Source: a virus. Taken from it: a DNA stretch of 63,580 bases. A program made the translations under genes and the position numbers. Below are positions 52,130-61,412 of this stretch, in pieces. The DNA is taken from positions 1 through 63,580 of the IMG/VR virus record IMGVR_UViG_3300025284_000001; one strand, 5' to 3'. Position 1 is the stretch's first letter. Each line of letters begins with the position of its first letter. The notes under the pieces were generated by a model. The model saw only the letters and a program-made list of their open reading frames with translations, was not told the origin of the DNA and searched no databases.

Positions 52130-52672
52130 CTATTCTCTTTTCCCTCGATAGATAACGACAGCACTCGGAAACGGGGCGGTGTGTCTAGCATCGCCGAACT
52201 TGAGCCGCCCCGTTACAAGTCGCACCTCGCTCGCATGGTTAACTTGCGTTCCCGTTTCCCAATCGTAATACCCAACATTGTCACGCCACCACTCTGTATC
52301 TGTTCGCGCAGGGACGAGGCAGACAACAGTCGCCCCCTCAAGGCTTGATTCGTAAGCCTTTCGCATCCAATCGATGATTCCCGGAATATATGCGTCGGTG
52401 TGCCATCCGCGCTCTGCACATTTCTTTTTCGTACAATTCGGCTTGCACGGATGTTCCGGAGATCCATACGGAGGATTCATAAATACCGTATGCCCGCGCC
52501 AGTCTTGCGAGAGTCCGTCGTCGTCCTTCGTAAAATACAGCGAGCATTTTGCGTTTTCATGAGTGGCGCACGGGTCGAGTGTGAATCCAAATTCCTTGTT
52601 AAGAGCATTGAAGAACCACTGCGGCGTCGGATGCTCGTCCGTTTTTGACGAAAACAATACGTCAGTGATCAT
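52130..52672 (-). CDS. dam: Phage-type DNA N6-adenine methyltransferase
   Basis: 180 aa; DEHPTPQWFFNALNKEFGFTLDPCA and catalytic FMNPPYG. Confidence 0.8.
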   Translation of the reverse strand: MITDVLFSSKTDEHPTPQWFFNALNKEFGFTLDPCATHENAKCSLYFTKDDDGLSQDWRGHTVFMNPPYGSPEHPCKPNCTKKKCAERGWHTDAYIPGIIDWMRKAYESSLEGATVVCLVPARTDTEWWRDNVGYYDWETGTQVNHASEVRLVTGRLKFGDARHTAPFPSAVVIYRGKRE

Positions 52673-52851
52673 GAGGTCACCTCGCTTCCTTCTACTTCGT
52701 CTTCCTCAAACTCGTAGTATCCGGAGGGCGGCGTTGGGTCGATATGTCCGTGTCGACCGTGAGCCATCCCCGTAAAGTATCCGAGTTGATATCCTCGTAC
52801 AAAAGCCCGACGCAAGGCCGCGAGATGTTCCCGTTCATCAAATCCGTTCAA
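52669..52851 (-). CDS. hypothetical protein (60 aa)
   Basis: ORF track. Confidence 0.45.
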   Translation of the reverse strand: MNGFDEREHLAALRRAFVRGYQLGYFTGMAHGRHGHIDPTPPSGYYEFEEDEVEGSEVTS

Positions 52852-53404
52852 CGCCGATCGCCTCCATTACCTCGTCTATCTTCGCGTGAAGTTGTTCGAG
52901 AGTCCCGTCGTTCGATATCTCGTAATCCACTTCGAAAGAGTCCACGTGTGATTCCGTCTCGTGTACGAGATCCGTATACATAAACTTGTCGCCGGACTCT
53001 ATCGCGCGGTGGATGCGGATGTCATCCGGAGCTGTCACACGGATGATGACGAAGCCTTCCGCACGGCAACGTTCATATTCGTTTGGTTGGCGTAGGTCGG
53101 AGATAACTGCTCGATGCTCCCAACCAAAACGAAGATCACCGTAACAAACGGGACGCCCTGCGTACATTTCGACTCTCTTGAAGCACTTCCGCACCCAAAT
53201 GTCCGGATCACGCTCTCTCATCGTCTGCCCGAACCATTGGTAGAGTTCACGGCGTTTGCCGCCGCCATGAACTCCGAACAATTCGTCTGCATATCGTTTC
53301 AATTCGTCGCCGAACGCGAATTGTGTATAGCTGTACGTTTTGCAAAGATACCTGCTTGTCGCATCCTTGCCTGACCGCATCTTTCCGGTGATTGCGATGT
53401 TCAT
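52838..53404 (-). CDS. Deoxynucleoside monophosphate kinase
   Basis: 188 aa; P-loop ITGKMRSGKD; phage dNMP-kinase-like layout. Confidence 0.6.
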   Translation of the reverse strand: MNIAITGKMRSGKDATSRYLCKTYSYTQFAFGDELKRYADELFGVHGGGKRRELYQWFGQTMRERDPDIWVRKCFKRVEMYAGRPVCYGDLRFGWEHRAVISDLRQPNEYERCRAEGFVIIRVTAPDDIRIHRAIESGDKFMYTDLVHETESHVDSFEVDYEISNDGTLEQLHAKIDEVMEAIGVERI

Positions 53405-53616
53405 TCGGACACCCCTTTCGCTACGTATGGAACAACCTCGTATCGTCTCCGTTCTGCCTCGACTTTCTCTGCGTTTTCCTCGCGCCCGGAGTAACGAACA
53501 GAAGCATTTTCGCGTTTAGTAATCGCAGCATTCGCGTCTCTTCTCGTGTAGTAAGCGGCGCGGTTTCCTTTGAACGGCTCTCCATCGTAATAGATAACGT
53601 AAACTTTGTGACTCAT
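53401..53616 (-). CDS. hypothetical protein (71 aa)
   Basis: ORF track. Confidence 0.5.
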   Translation of the reverse strand: MSHKVYVIYYDGEPFKGNRAAYYTRRDANAAITKRENASVRYSGREENAEKVEAERRRYEVVPYVAKGVSE

Positions 53617-53954
53617 TCGGACACCTCCGTTTTCTTGCGTAATCGTTGCTTCAGCTCATCCCTTGCGCGTTCGTGTTCTTCCTCGTTTTGATATTCGCCC
53701 GTTAGTGCTTCGACATAAGTAAACCGCAGCTCATTGCGATCATATAGCGCGAGGAAGTAGCGAGATTTATAGGCAAACTCCGATTTCGGCAACGATTGAT
53801 AGAACCGATATAGAATGCGGAACATCGGAAGCCATCGCATCGTACTGCGTTCTATCATTTGAAGTAGGTATGAACCTAGTAGTATCGTAATGGTTAAAGC
53901 GATCGCCCCTACGCAACCAAGACCGATCCACGCGAGAGTATTCGTTAAGGTCAA
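53613..53954 (-). CDS. membrane-anchored hypothetical protein (113 aa)
   Basis: N-terminal TM LAWIGLGCVGAIALTITILLGSYLL. Confidence 0.55.
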   Translation of the reverse strand: MTLTNTLAWIGLGCVGAIALTITILLGSYLLQMIERSTMRWLPMFRILYRFYQSLPKSEFAYKSRYFLALYDRNELRFTYVEALTGEYQNEEEHERARDELKQRLRKKTEVSE

Positions 53955-55081
53955 ACACTGTACACCTCCCCGTAACGACCGTCGCGGGAGTCGTCGAGGA
54001 TTCTTCCATTGCGAGCTACATAACTACCGACTGCGCAACTACCACTTGTGTAGTAATAAACTCCCTCCGACGGCTCGACCTTTACAACATAACCCTCATA
54101 CTCCACATAATCGCCAACTTGCGGCTCGTCCGGATGCGGCATACTCACGTATTCCAGCGGAATGTCCAACCCGAGTGCGCGACGAAGGGCAATCGCCTTG
54201 CCGATATGAACGTTGAATACGTCGTTAGGCGCGCACTTTGCGATGCCTTTCTTCCGTATAATGTCAGTGCCTTCACTACGAACCAATGCGACTACAGTGC
54301 GTTTATTTCGGTTGACTATGAATTGCACGTATTCCGAGCGTAAGTACCCGTCTTTTTCCGCGAACCATACAAACTTATCCTCGTAATTATCGGACATCAA
54401 CTCCGCAACGTCCGCCTTCGCCTTTTCGATGATCTCTTCGCTTACGCCATCCTCGATCAATACGATGTCCTCACAAACAACTCGCAACTGCGTTTCAGCC
54501 TCCGATAGTCTCCGCGCTAGATTCGCAACGGTTTCGATCAGACCGTCAATGTTGGACTGTATGGAGTCTTCCATTGGTTGTTCAGGAGTTGCGGAAGTTA
54601 GCGGTTCAAGAACGCGGTACCACTCTGTCTTTGCGTACAGTTCTGCACCTTCATAGTCGAAAAGCGCATCTCCGTCGTGATCAAATCCCGTAATTTTAAC
54701 GTCCTCAAATCGCGCGTAATGGATTTCGTGTGTAATAACCACGCGCTCGCCAACGTTTGCCTTACGTTCGACCAGTCGGAATCGTTCACCGTTGACGTGG
54801 ACGATGTTGGTCGGTTCGAGGACGATGTATTCACGCAGACCTTTCCAGTCTGGCGAGAATAGTCCATCAATGAATCGCTCCTTTACTTCGATAACATCGC
54901 CGTCATCATTAACCCACTCAACGGTAAATATTTCGCCGATCTGCACCTTGTTGTTTTTGTTTGACTCCGGACTAATCGCGACTACCTTGATCATTTCACC
55001 GTCTCTCGCATTACGCTTGATCTCGCGATACTCACGTTGCAATCCCAACTCATCCGTTAATACCGTTACATTTGCGCTCAT
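53951..55081 (-). CDS. Repeat-module protein, paralog of 3724..5271
   Basis: 376 aa; IVHVNGERFRLVERKANVGERVVITHE aligns with IIEVDGVKYRKVDRKPKVGDFVYMLHNE; C-terminal GIAKCAPNDVFNVHIGKAIALRRALG. Confidence 0.7.
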   Translation of the reverse strand: MSANVTVLTDELGLQREYREIKRNARDGEMIKVVAISPESNKNNKVQIGEIFTVEWVNDDGDVIEVKERFIDGLFSPDWKGLREYIVLEPTNIVHVNGERFRLVERKANVGERVVITHEIHYARFEDVKITGFDHDGDALFDYEGAELYAKTEWYRVLEPLTSATPEQPMEDSIQSNIDGLIETVANLARRLSEAETQLRVVCEDIVLIEDGVSEEIIEKAKADVAELMSDNYEDKFVWFAEKDGYLRSEYVQFIVNRNKRTVVALVRSEGTDIIRKKGIAKCAPNDVFNVHIGKAIALRRALGLDIPLEYVSMPHPDEPQVGDYVEYEGYVVKVEPSEGVYYYTSGSCAVGSYVARNGRILDDSRDGRYGEVYSV

Positions 55082-55479
55082 TCAACCGTCCCCTTTTCAT
55101 CTAATATTCGGATTCTCCGTTCCTGCCGCCCGAAACGCTGCATCTCGTCAGCATTCCTGATAAACACGTCGAGTCGCTTGCCTTTTATCGCGCCGCCTAC
55201 GTCCTGGCAAACGCGGACTCCGATGTCTTCGATTTCAATTTCGGTGCCAAACGGAAGGGATTTCGGACATGCGAGCGTATAGTCATCGCGGAACTCATCG
55301 CCGCTCGCAGTAATCGTCCAACCTCCGTTTTCTTCCGGCGAATCGCCGTATGCCGTAAGCACCCACGTTTCCCACTCCGGTTCCTCTTGCGCGGACTCAA
55401 TCGTAACTTTTTCGATGGGTTTAGTCGTCTTAACGTCTACAAGCGTTGTGTCAACGTTGCTGATCGCATGGAGCAACAA
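55078..55479 (-). CDS. 3D-domain (MltA/YuiC-like) protein
   Basis: 133 aa; TASGDEF...ACPKSLPFGTEIEIEDIGVRVCQDVGGAIKGKRLDVF. Confidence 0.6.
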   Translation of the reverse strand: MLLHAISNVDTTLVDVKTTKPIEKVTIESAQEEPEWETWVLTAYGDSPEENGGWTITASGDEFRDDYTLACPKSLPFGTEIEIEDIGVRVCQDVGGAIKGKRLDVFIRNADEMQRFGRQERRIRILDEKGTVE

Positions 55480-55560
55480 CGCGAGATAAACGATTATATG
55501 ACCGCCTCCTTTTCGTTGGCTATAAGATAATACCGATGAGACTGCGTTGGTTGGGCGTTA

Positions 55561-56352
55561 TTACTCGAAAAACTTCGATGTCCACGGATCTACACCCACG
55601 ACTTCTTCGCGGAGACGTTCGGCCAGCTCGGAAATTTCGTGTTGAGCGCCATTCCCACGCTTGCGTTTCGCGTAGAAGTCGTGCAATGCGCGCAGATTGA
55701 CGGTCATGACGATATTACATGCGGCGGCGTTCGGAAGGATCATTCTCGCGTCTTCCGGAGGAACGCCTGCCTTTCGTAATTCGTCGTATGCCGCTTGTAG
55801 CCCTCGCATAACCGAGGCGTAAAGCTCTGTTGCCGTTCCGCAATAGACCGGAGATCCGCCGATATTAACAGGTGTGGTTTTACCCTCTAACGATTCCGGC
55901 GTCACATACTCGAAGCCTCCCGACTTATCATCGCTGCCGAAACGCACGTATCGCTGCGACTGCACCGAATACGAGAATCCGACGCGGTGACGCGTGAGCT
56001 GCGCCAGGAGCGAACGGCTAACGCCTTCGATTGCGAATGTGTACGTGATATGTTCGAGTGTGGACGTGTGCTTGCTCGCGACAATGTGGCGGATCAATCG
56101 GTCGGCTTCCGTACCTTCCTCGCCATCTGTTGCGGATTGACCGAAATACTTCTCACCTTCCTGCGCGACTATTTCCGAAGGCTTCAGCGGCGAGTAGCAA
56201 CATCGTATTGCGGCGAGCGCTACGACTTGACTATCCTCGACGCCCCAATCGTCCAAATGATTGCCGTCCCATCCGGAATGGCCGCCAGGCTTATCGTACT
56301 TATCGTGAAACTCCTCGGATAACTGCGTATGTGCGATTAGCTCAATTTTCAC
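55561..56352 (-). CDS. thyX: FAD-dependent thymidylate synthase ThyX
   Basis: Trimmed to GTG 56352 (AAGGAGG RBS); signature LTRHRVGFSYSVQSQRY. Confidence 0.9.
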   Translation of the reverse strand: MKIELIAHTQLSEEFHDKYDKPGGHSGWDGNHLDDWGVEDSQVVALAAIRCCYSPLKPSEIVAQEGEKYFGQSATDGEEGTEADRLIRHIVASKHTSTLEHITYTFAIEGVSRSLLAQLTRHRVGFSYSVQSQRYVRFGSDDKSGGFEYVTPESLEGKTTPVNIGGSPVYCGTATELYASVMRGLQAAYDELRKAGVPPEDARMILPNAAACNIVMTVNLRALHDFYAKRKRGNGAQHEISELAERLREEVVGVDPWTSKFFE

Positions 56353-56506
56353 TCTGCGTCCTCCTTTTGTTCGATTCGACGAGCATCCATCCGACGATAA
56401 ATCCGAGTAAGTATCCGACAAATCCGTCGAACCGGTTCCCGTCGAAGTAATGTATCGCGAGCATCTGCGTAAATAATCCCGTCATCACTGCGATAACTGT
56501 GTTCAT
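56342..56506 (-). CDS. small membrane protein (54 aa)
   Basis: Trimmed to ATG 56506; MNTVIAVMTGLFTQMLAIHYF...GYLLGFIVGWMLV. Confidence 0.45.
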   Translation of the reverse strand: MNTVIAVMTGLFTQMLAIHYFDGNRFDGFVGYLLGFIVGWMLVESNKRRTQSEN

Positions 56507-56646
56507 ACTACGTCCTCCTCTTCGGAGATTTCCCATTCGATAGATTCTTCCGTATCCGTGTTGAATAGCGCGCCGTCAACTCTGCGCCATACTGTTCTCG
56601 CGTCATCTTGCGACGCTGAGCGAACTTTAATTGTCGTAATAATCAC
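56503..56646 (-). CDS. small acidic protein (47 aa)
   Basis: GTG 56646 overlapping the dut stop (GTGA); ends in ATGA overlap with the next gene. Confidence 0.4.
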   Translation of the reverse strand: MIITTIKVRSASQDDARTVWRRVDGALFNTDTEESIEWEISEEEDVV

Positions 56647-57227
56647 GCGCTCACCCCCGTTCTAACTCCGGTTGATCCGAAGCCGCCGTCGCCTCTTTTC
56701 GTCTCGCCCAACTCGTCAACTTCGATAAAGTCTGCGCGGTAGACCGGAGCGATTACTCCTTGCGCGATCCTCGTTCCTTTCGGAATGTAATGAGTTCCGG
56801 AAGGGAAGTAATCAGTATTCGCGAAGGTAACATCGTCATTACGTCCGCACATCGATACCACCACGTCAGTCATCGCCAACTCACCGGACTTCTCGTAAAT
56901 GGGCGGCTCGATGTTATCAACGATTACCTTCACTTCCCCGCGGAAATCCCCGTCCACAGTCCCCGGACTGTTACCAACGCGAAGCTTCGTCTTCCACGTC
57001 ACTCCCGAGCGCGGCCGGACTTGAAACTCGAATCCATCCGGAATCTCCACCGCGAATCCCAACGGCATCAGCTTCGTTTCACCTGGCTCGATGATGACAT
57101 CCTCAACCGCAACTAAGTCGAAGCCTGCCGCAAGATCCGTCGCATACTTCGGAATGACTGCGTCAGGATGCAGACGCTTGATCTTGACGGGGATTTCCCG
57201 TAAACCTTTCGCGTGTTCAACGTTCAC
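56643..57227 (-). CDS. dut: dUTPase (trimeric type) with a large insertion
   Basis: Motifs AAGFDL, PRSG, GTVDGDFRGEV, RIAQGVI, RGDGGFGSTG; about 40 extra aa between motifs III and IV. Confidence 0.85.
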   Translation of the reverse strand: MNVEHAKGLREIPVKIKRLHPDAVIPKYATDLAAGFDLVAVEDVIIEPGETKLMPLGFAVEIPDGFEFQVRPRSGVTWKTKLRVGNSPGTVDGDFRGEVKVIVDNIEPPIYEKSGELAMTDVVVSMCGRNDDVTFANTDYFPSGTHYIPKGTRIAQGVIAPVYRADFIEVDELGETKRGDGGFGSTGVRTGVSA

Positions 57228-57431
57228 TTATTCGCCCTCCTCGTATCGCTTAACGTCGCCAATAACATCGTCAACGCGAACGGTGTGTTTATAGATTTTG
57301 AAGATGCGGAAGCCCTCGCCGCGTAACGAGTTGATTCGAGACTCGACGTCAAACTCACCATCTAGCTCGCATACGCATGCTTGTTCAAACGTGAACCCCT
57401 CGTCTTTTCCAGCGATAAGTAAAAAGCTCAT
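57228..57431 (-). CDS. hypothetical protein (67 aa)
   Basis: ORF track. Confidence 0.5.
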   Translation of the reverse strand: MSFLLIAGKDEGFTFEQACVCELDGEFDVESRINSLRGEGFRIFKIYKHTVRVDDVIGDVKRYEEGE

Positions 57432-57563
57432 CTATTCGCGCCCCTTTCGGTTTCTAATTGCGAATGCTCTCGCCCATTCCCCAACGCCTGATTCAATCGC
57501 AGCGACGATCACTAGAAACAGGAAGGTCGTAAGAAACGGATGTTCCAGCGCCCATTCTTTCAC
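57432..57563 (-). CDS. small membrane protein (43 aa)
   Basis: GTG 57563 after AAGGGTGA; VKEWALEHPFLTTFLFLVIVAAIESGVGEW... Confidence 0.4.
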   Translation of the reverse strand: MKEWALEHPFLTTFLFLVIVAAIESGVGEWARAFAIRNRKGRE

Positions 57564-57621
57564 TCGTCGTCACCCTTTCCGCAAAGTAATAACTCGATAG
57601 TTCTCGCGATGATGTCGAACA

Positions 57622-57954
57622 TTATTCGGATGCCTCCCGTTCTTGGATAACGAAAATCTTCCCGCGCTGCTCAATGATCTCGTATTTGGTCGCGTCAATG
57701 ACGGCTCCTTCGCGGAGAAGGACTTCGTACTTTGTCGGGGTGAGCCTATCTGTTTCTTGCGTTCCAACTCCGTTCACAAACAACACAATAACAACAATCA
57801 CCGTAACTACACCAAACAAGAAGCAAAGAAGGTCACCTTCATCAAAAGAAAAGAAAACGAGCGCGACCCCGAGCATTAGAAGGAAAAATAATACGTAGCC
57901 CCAAAACGTCACTTCACTAATAGGCGCGCCGCCCAGTGTATTGATTATCTCCAC
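57622..57954 (-). CDS. membrane protein, two TM spans (110 aa)
   Basis: FWGYVLFFLLMLGVALVFF and LLCFLFGVVTVIVVIVLFV. Confidence 0.55.
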   Translation of the reverse strand: MEIINTLGGAPISEVTFWGYVLFFLLMLGVALVFFSFDEGDLLCFLFGVVTVIVVIVLFVNGVGTQETDRLTPTKYEVLLREGAVIDATKYEIIEQRGKIFVIQEREASE

Positions 57955-58103
57955 GGTTTATCTCCTTTCCTAAATCCCTTCGCAATCATCGCGTCTACTT
58001 CTCGCGTTTCTCCTTCGGACAGCCGGTGGATCTCGGCTGCCGTCAGGAGAAACGGATGTAATCGTATGCTCGTCAATATCTCGTACATGACTATCGATGC
58101 CAT
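57945..58103 (-). CDS. small hypothetical protein (52 aa)
   Basis: ATG 58103 with GGAGG 7 nt upstream. Confidence 0.45.
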   Translation of the reverse strand: MASIVMYEILTSIRLHPFLLTAAEIHRLSEGETREVDAMIAKGFRKGDKPWR

Positions 58104-58121
58104 TCGAAAACCTCCGTTTGA

Positions 58122-60401
58122 TTACCGAATAGGGCACGCTCCCGTCGAGCAGTCTACGTCGTCAGTCGCTAAATCGCTCAGTCCGTCCGTCTCATATCGC
58201 TGCAATATCGAAGGATCAAACGACTTCATCTTCGCGGATAACTCTTCGTATTGTTCGCGTGTAATCGCCTCATACGGCGCAAGTTGATACGTACCGCCGT
58301 CCAGCGCGAGGAACGATACCGCCGTAAACTCGTCCCATTTCTCGTAAACTATCGATTCTACTTCCGCCCATTCATGCGGCCTGACCGTAATCGTGTTCGA
58401 CGAATTATGTTCCGTGTAATGGCGTTGGAACGCGAAGTATGTGTCGAGTTGTTCCGCGGCAGACACGTCGTCCTTCGTTCGTGTTGCTCCAGATGCGACA
58501 GGGAAATCTATTACGTACGTTCTCGCGTTTGCCATGCGCTCTTCATGCGTTTCACCTGGCGTTCCTACTTCGGGATTCACTGTCCATCCGAGGTCGATAA
58601 CTGCGCGAGCCAGCGGATCGGCAGCGTTAATCCGGATTCTGCGGATGTAGTACGGCGAATGCGACCAATGTAGACCAGACGATACACCACCGGCTACTTG
58701 CGAGAGTGTTCCTTCGGGCTTAACGGTGGTGACGAGGAGTGGCGCCGATACACGTAGTCGCTTCGCGTAATTGTCGGCTTCTTCGCGGGCTAGCTCGCCT
58801 AGTGTCCCAAGGAACCCCGATTCTTTAAAGGTAGAAAATGCGACAGCTGCTAGCGCATCCTTCACGCCTGTTAACGACGTTCCTAGCAGTCTATCTCGCT
58901 GTTGAACTGCGTTCCAGTGCGGAATCTCAAGCTCGGCGAGCGTCATACGTATACCGCAGCGAGCAGACAGGCGTTGGGCTTCGGTCAACTCGCGCACATC
59001 AAACTCGCCGTCCCGCACAAAAGCCATCATATTGACGGTCGTCAAATTACACACGCCATAACTATCGAGAAGAATTTCCGCACAGGGGTTAAGTCCTTCT
59101 GCATTCGGACGTCGTCTTCGCGCTTCTTCGAGGTTTACGAATCCCGGCTCACCTTCGCCTTGCATCATCTCGAAGATGAGGTTTAGCATCTCGCGAGAAG
59201 GCTTCGACTCGAACGCGATGGAATTGTTACTCATCCGACGATGATGCAACGGACGAGCATTCGGATCGAATAGCGGCAAACTCTCTAGGAATCGCGCCTG
59301 TTCTTCGAGTCCCAACGCCCGAGTCTTCTCGATTACTTTCACGTGCTTCGTCTCGTCCCATATTCCGTTGATTCCGTACTTAGCGAAGATACATTCGTAA
59401 TCGTCTGCGTCGAATAACGCAATTTCCGCAGTTCGTCGAACGCCCCCGACCACGACGTTATTTCCGATGAGATTCGCGATATCAAGGATGTGAATCGGAC
59501 GTACCTTGCGGTAATCTTCGTAAGGACGATCATCGTCTCTACCAGCGAGATACCCTAACGGATCGGGATAAGCGACATCCAACGGTTCCAACGTCGGATC
59601 AATCCGATTCTTCAGTACACTGTCGATACCTTCGAACATCTCACGAAGTGGTTCGTGACCCGACGCGGTTCCCCCGAAAGTATTCAAGCGCTCGCCATTC
59701 GGACGAACCGAGTTGTACGAGATTTTCACCGTATGGATATGCTCGTACTTGGCTTCCGTCAAGATTTCGAGATATATCCGTAGACTCTCGACCCAACCTT
59801 CCTTCGAGTCGCCGACGTAAATCTTCGCATAGCCGTTCTCCATATCGCGGAGTACGGAGTGTTCGTATCGTGCGGATTTCGGTACTGGTTCATAATCGGA
59901 ATGCAAGAGCGTTGTATTCGTTCGGATCGGTGCGAGTCCAGCCGCGAATGCTTTCGTACACTTAAAGCCGGTTCCAGTACCGACAAGTAATAAATAGAAC
60001 AAATCGCCCAAGTCTGACCATGATCGGATATTAGTAAACGAACAATTGAAATTTGACAGTGGATACTTGTCCGCGACTCCGTTTTCCGCACCGCCTACCC
60101 ACAACGTCCGTCCCGATAGGAATTGGCGCAAGTTGAACATATTATCGAAAAGCATCTCGGCTTCTTTTCGATGCCATTCGTAATCCACCGGATACCCGAT
60201 TTTCTTCGTATGCTTCACACCGAGCTGTACGTTATATTCCGCAGCTCTTCGGCATGTCTCCTTCCACGTCTCGCGCCGTCCCTTAGACGGAAGCCAGCGC
60301 GAGTAAGTGCGGAAATACACGAAGGTTCCAAGTGCGTTCATATGTGCCGGAAACTCCGGATAATTTTCGATAAATGTGTCGGTTAACAATTGATTTGTCA
60401 C
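58122..60401 (-). CDS. nrdJ: Class II (adenosylcobalamin-dependent) ribonucleotide reductase
   Basis: 759 aa, single chain; active-site region NPCAEILLDSYGVCNL; C-terminal CSTGAC redox pair. Confidence 0.85.
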   Translation of the reverse strand: MTNQLLTDTFIENYPEFPAHMNALGTFVYFRTYSRWLPSKGRRETWKETCRRAAEYNVQLGVKHTKKIGYPVDYEWHRKEAEMLFDNMFNLRQFLSGRTLWVGGAENGVADKYPLSNFNCSFTNIRSWSDLGDLFYLLLVGTGTGFKCTKAFAAGLAPIRTNTTLLHSDYEPVPKSARYEHSVLRDMENGYAKIYVGDSKEGWVESLRIYLEILTEAKYEHIHTVKISYNSVRPNGERLNTFGGTASGHEPLREMFEGIDSVLKNRIDPTLEPLDVAYPDPLGYLAGRDDDRPYEDYRKVRPIHILDIANLIGNNVVVGGVRRTAEIALFDADDYECIFAKYGINGIWDETKHVKVIEKTRALGLEEQARFLESLPLFDPNARPLHHRRMSNNSIAFESKPSREMLNLIFEMMQGEGEPGFVNLEEARRRRPNAEGLNPCAEILLDSYGVCNLTTVNMMAFVRDGEFDVRELTEAQRLSARCGIRMTLAELEIPHWNAVQQRDRLLGTSLTGVKDALAAVAFSTFKESGFLGTLGELAREEADNYAKRLRVSAPLLVTTVKPEGTLSQVAGGVSSGLHWSHSPYYIRRIRINAADPLARAVIDLGWTVNPEVGTPGETHEERMANARTYVIDFPVASGATRTKDDVSAAEQLDTYFAFQRHYTEHNSSNTITVRPHEWAEVESIVYEKWDEFTAVSFLALDGGTYQLAPYEAITREQYEELSAKMKSFDPSILQRYETDGLSDLATDDVDCSTGACPIR

Positions 60402-60433
60402 GCGATTCCTCCTAAACAGCTATTTTCTACTGC

Positions 60434-60910
60434 TCAAACTACTTCCTTATAGTAAGTACCGTTTCTGATTCTATAGATTGTCTGCTTACTTACTCCGTAC
60501 CTCTCCGCGATTTTACTAGACTTAATTCCAGTTGATAGCATTGATCTAATATCTCTTACGTCTCCGTCCGAGAACTTCCGGTTAGTGACTGTTCTCAATC
60601 CCAAACGAAAGGCATGTTGAATGTTTTCACTTCCCGTCACAACCTCTAAGTTTGAAATACTATTATTGAGTTTATTTCCATCAATATGGTTGATTTGAAA
60701 TCCAATAGGACAAAGACCAGCAGCTATGACGATAATTTGATGTTGTTTGAAAGTATAGCTTCTGCCATCTATCCGAGTAGTGATTAGGCTATAGCCTCTA
60801 CAACCAACGGTACTTGCCAAACCTTGTCTTGTTCGTATAGTCCCGTCGTAGATATTAATTTCCCAATTTCTCATTGCACGTAGTGCTAGTTCGTATTTAT
60901 ACCTATGCAT
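60434..60910 (-). CDS. HNH homing endonuclease
   Basis: 158 aa; INHIDGNKLNNSISNLEVVTGSENIQH; C-terminal HTH-like tail; AT-rich. Confidence 0.8.
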   Translation of the reverse strand: MHRYKYELALRAMRNWEINIYDGTIRTRQGLASTVGCRGYSLITTRIDGRSYTFKQHQIIVIAAGLCPIGFQINHIDGNKLNNSISNLEVVTGSENIQHAFRLGLRTVTNRKFSDGDVRDIRSMLSTGIKSSKIAERYGVSKQTIYRIRNGTYYKEVV

Positions 60911-61412
60911 TGTCTATCAATCCTTCTCGAATTAGGTACACTATGCAAACGGCCACGGCGTCCGCCTCGTCCCCTTCCTTGTTCAAGGGCAACGTCGGAT
61001 TGCCGAAGTATTTTCGGACAGCTTCAACAACCATCGCCTTGTCCTTCCGACTTCCCGGCGATCCTGTAACACGTCGCGCCCACGCCTTCACCGTCTGGAT
61101 ATTCACGTCGGCGATATCGTAATCTGCCAACGCGAATTCCGTCGTTCCATGCGCCTTGAAGACTTGACGTGTTGCGAGATTGTATCGGACGATGCCTTCT
61201 TCGCGAGGAATAGTACGTTCAATCATTGGATACTTTTCGATGATTCCGGTGATACCTGCGTGAATCTGCCGTAAGCGTTCGCCATCCGATAACTTCGCGT
61301 TGGATTTGATGAGTCCGTAGTCAATGAGATAAGCGGTTCGTTGGGCAACTCCAATGAGTGCCCATCCGCTTTTCGTGAGTGACGTGTCCAATCCGAGGTG
61401 ATACGTAGTCAA
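60903..61412 (-). CDS. RuvC-like Holliday junction resolvase
   Basis: 169 aa; LGLDTSLTKSGWALIG (first Asp) and EGDEADAVAVCIV. Confidence 0.75.
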   Translation of the reverse strand: MTTYHLGLDTSLTKSGWALIGVAQRTAYLIDYGLIKSNAKLSDGERLRQIHAGITGIIEKYPMIERTIPREEGIVRYNLATRQVFKAHGTTEFALADYDIADVNIQTVKAWARRVTGSPGSRKDKAMVVEAVRKYFGNPTLPLNKEGDEADAVAVCIVYLIREGLIDNA

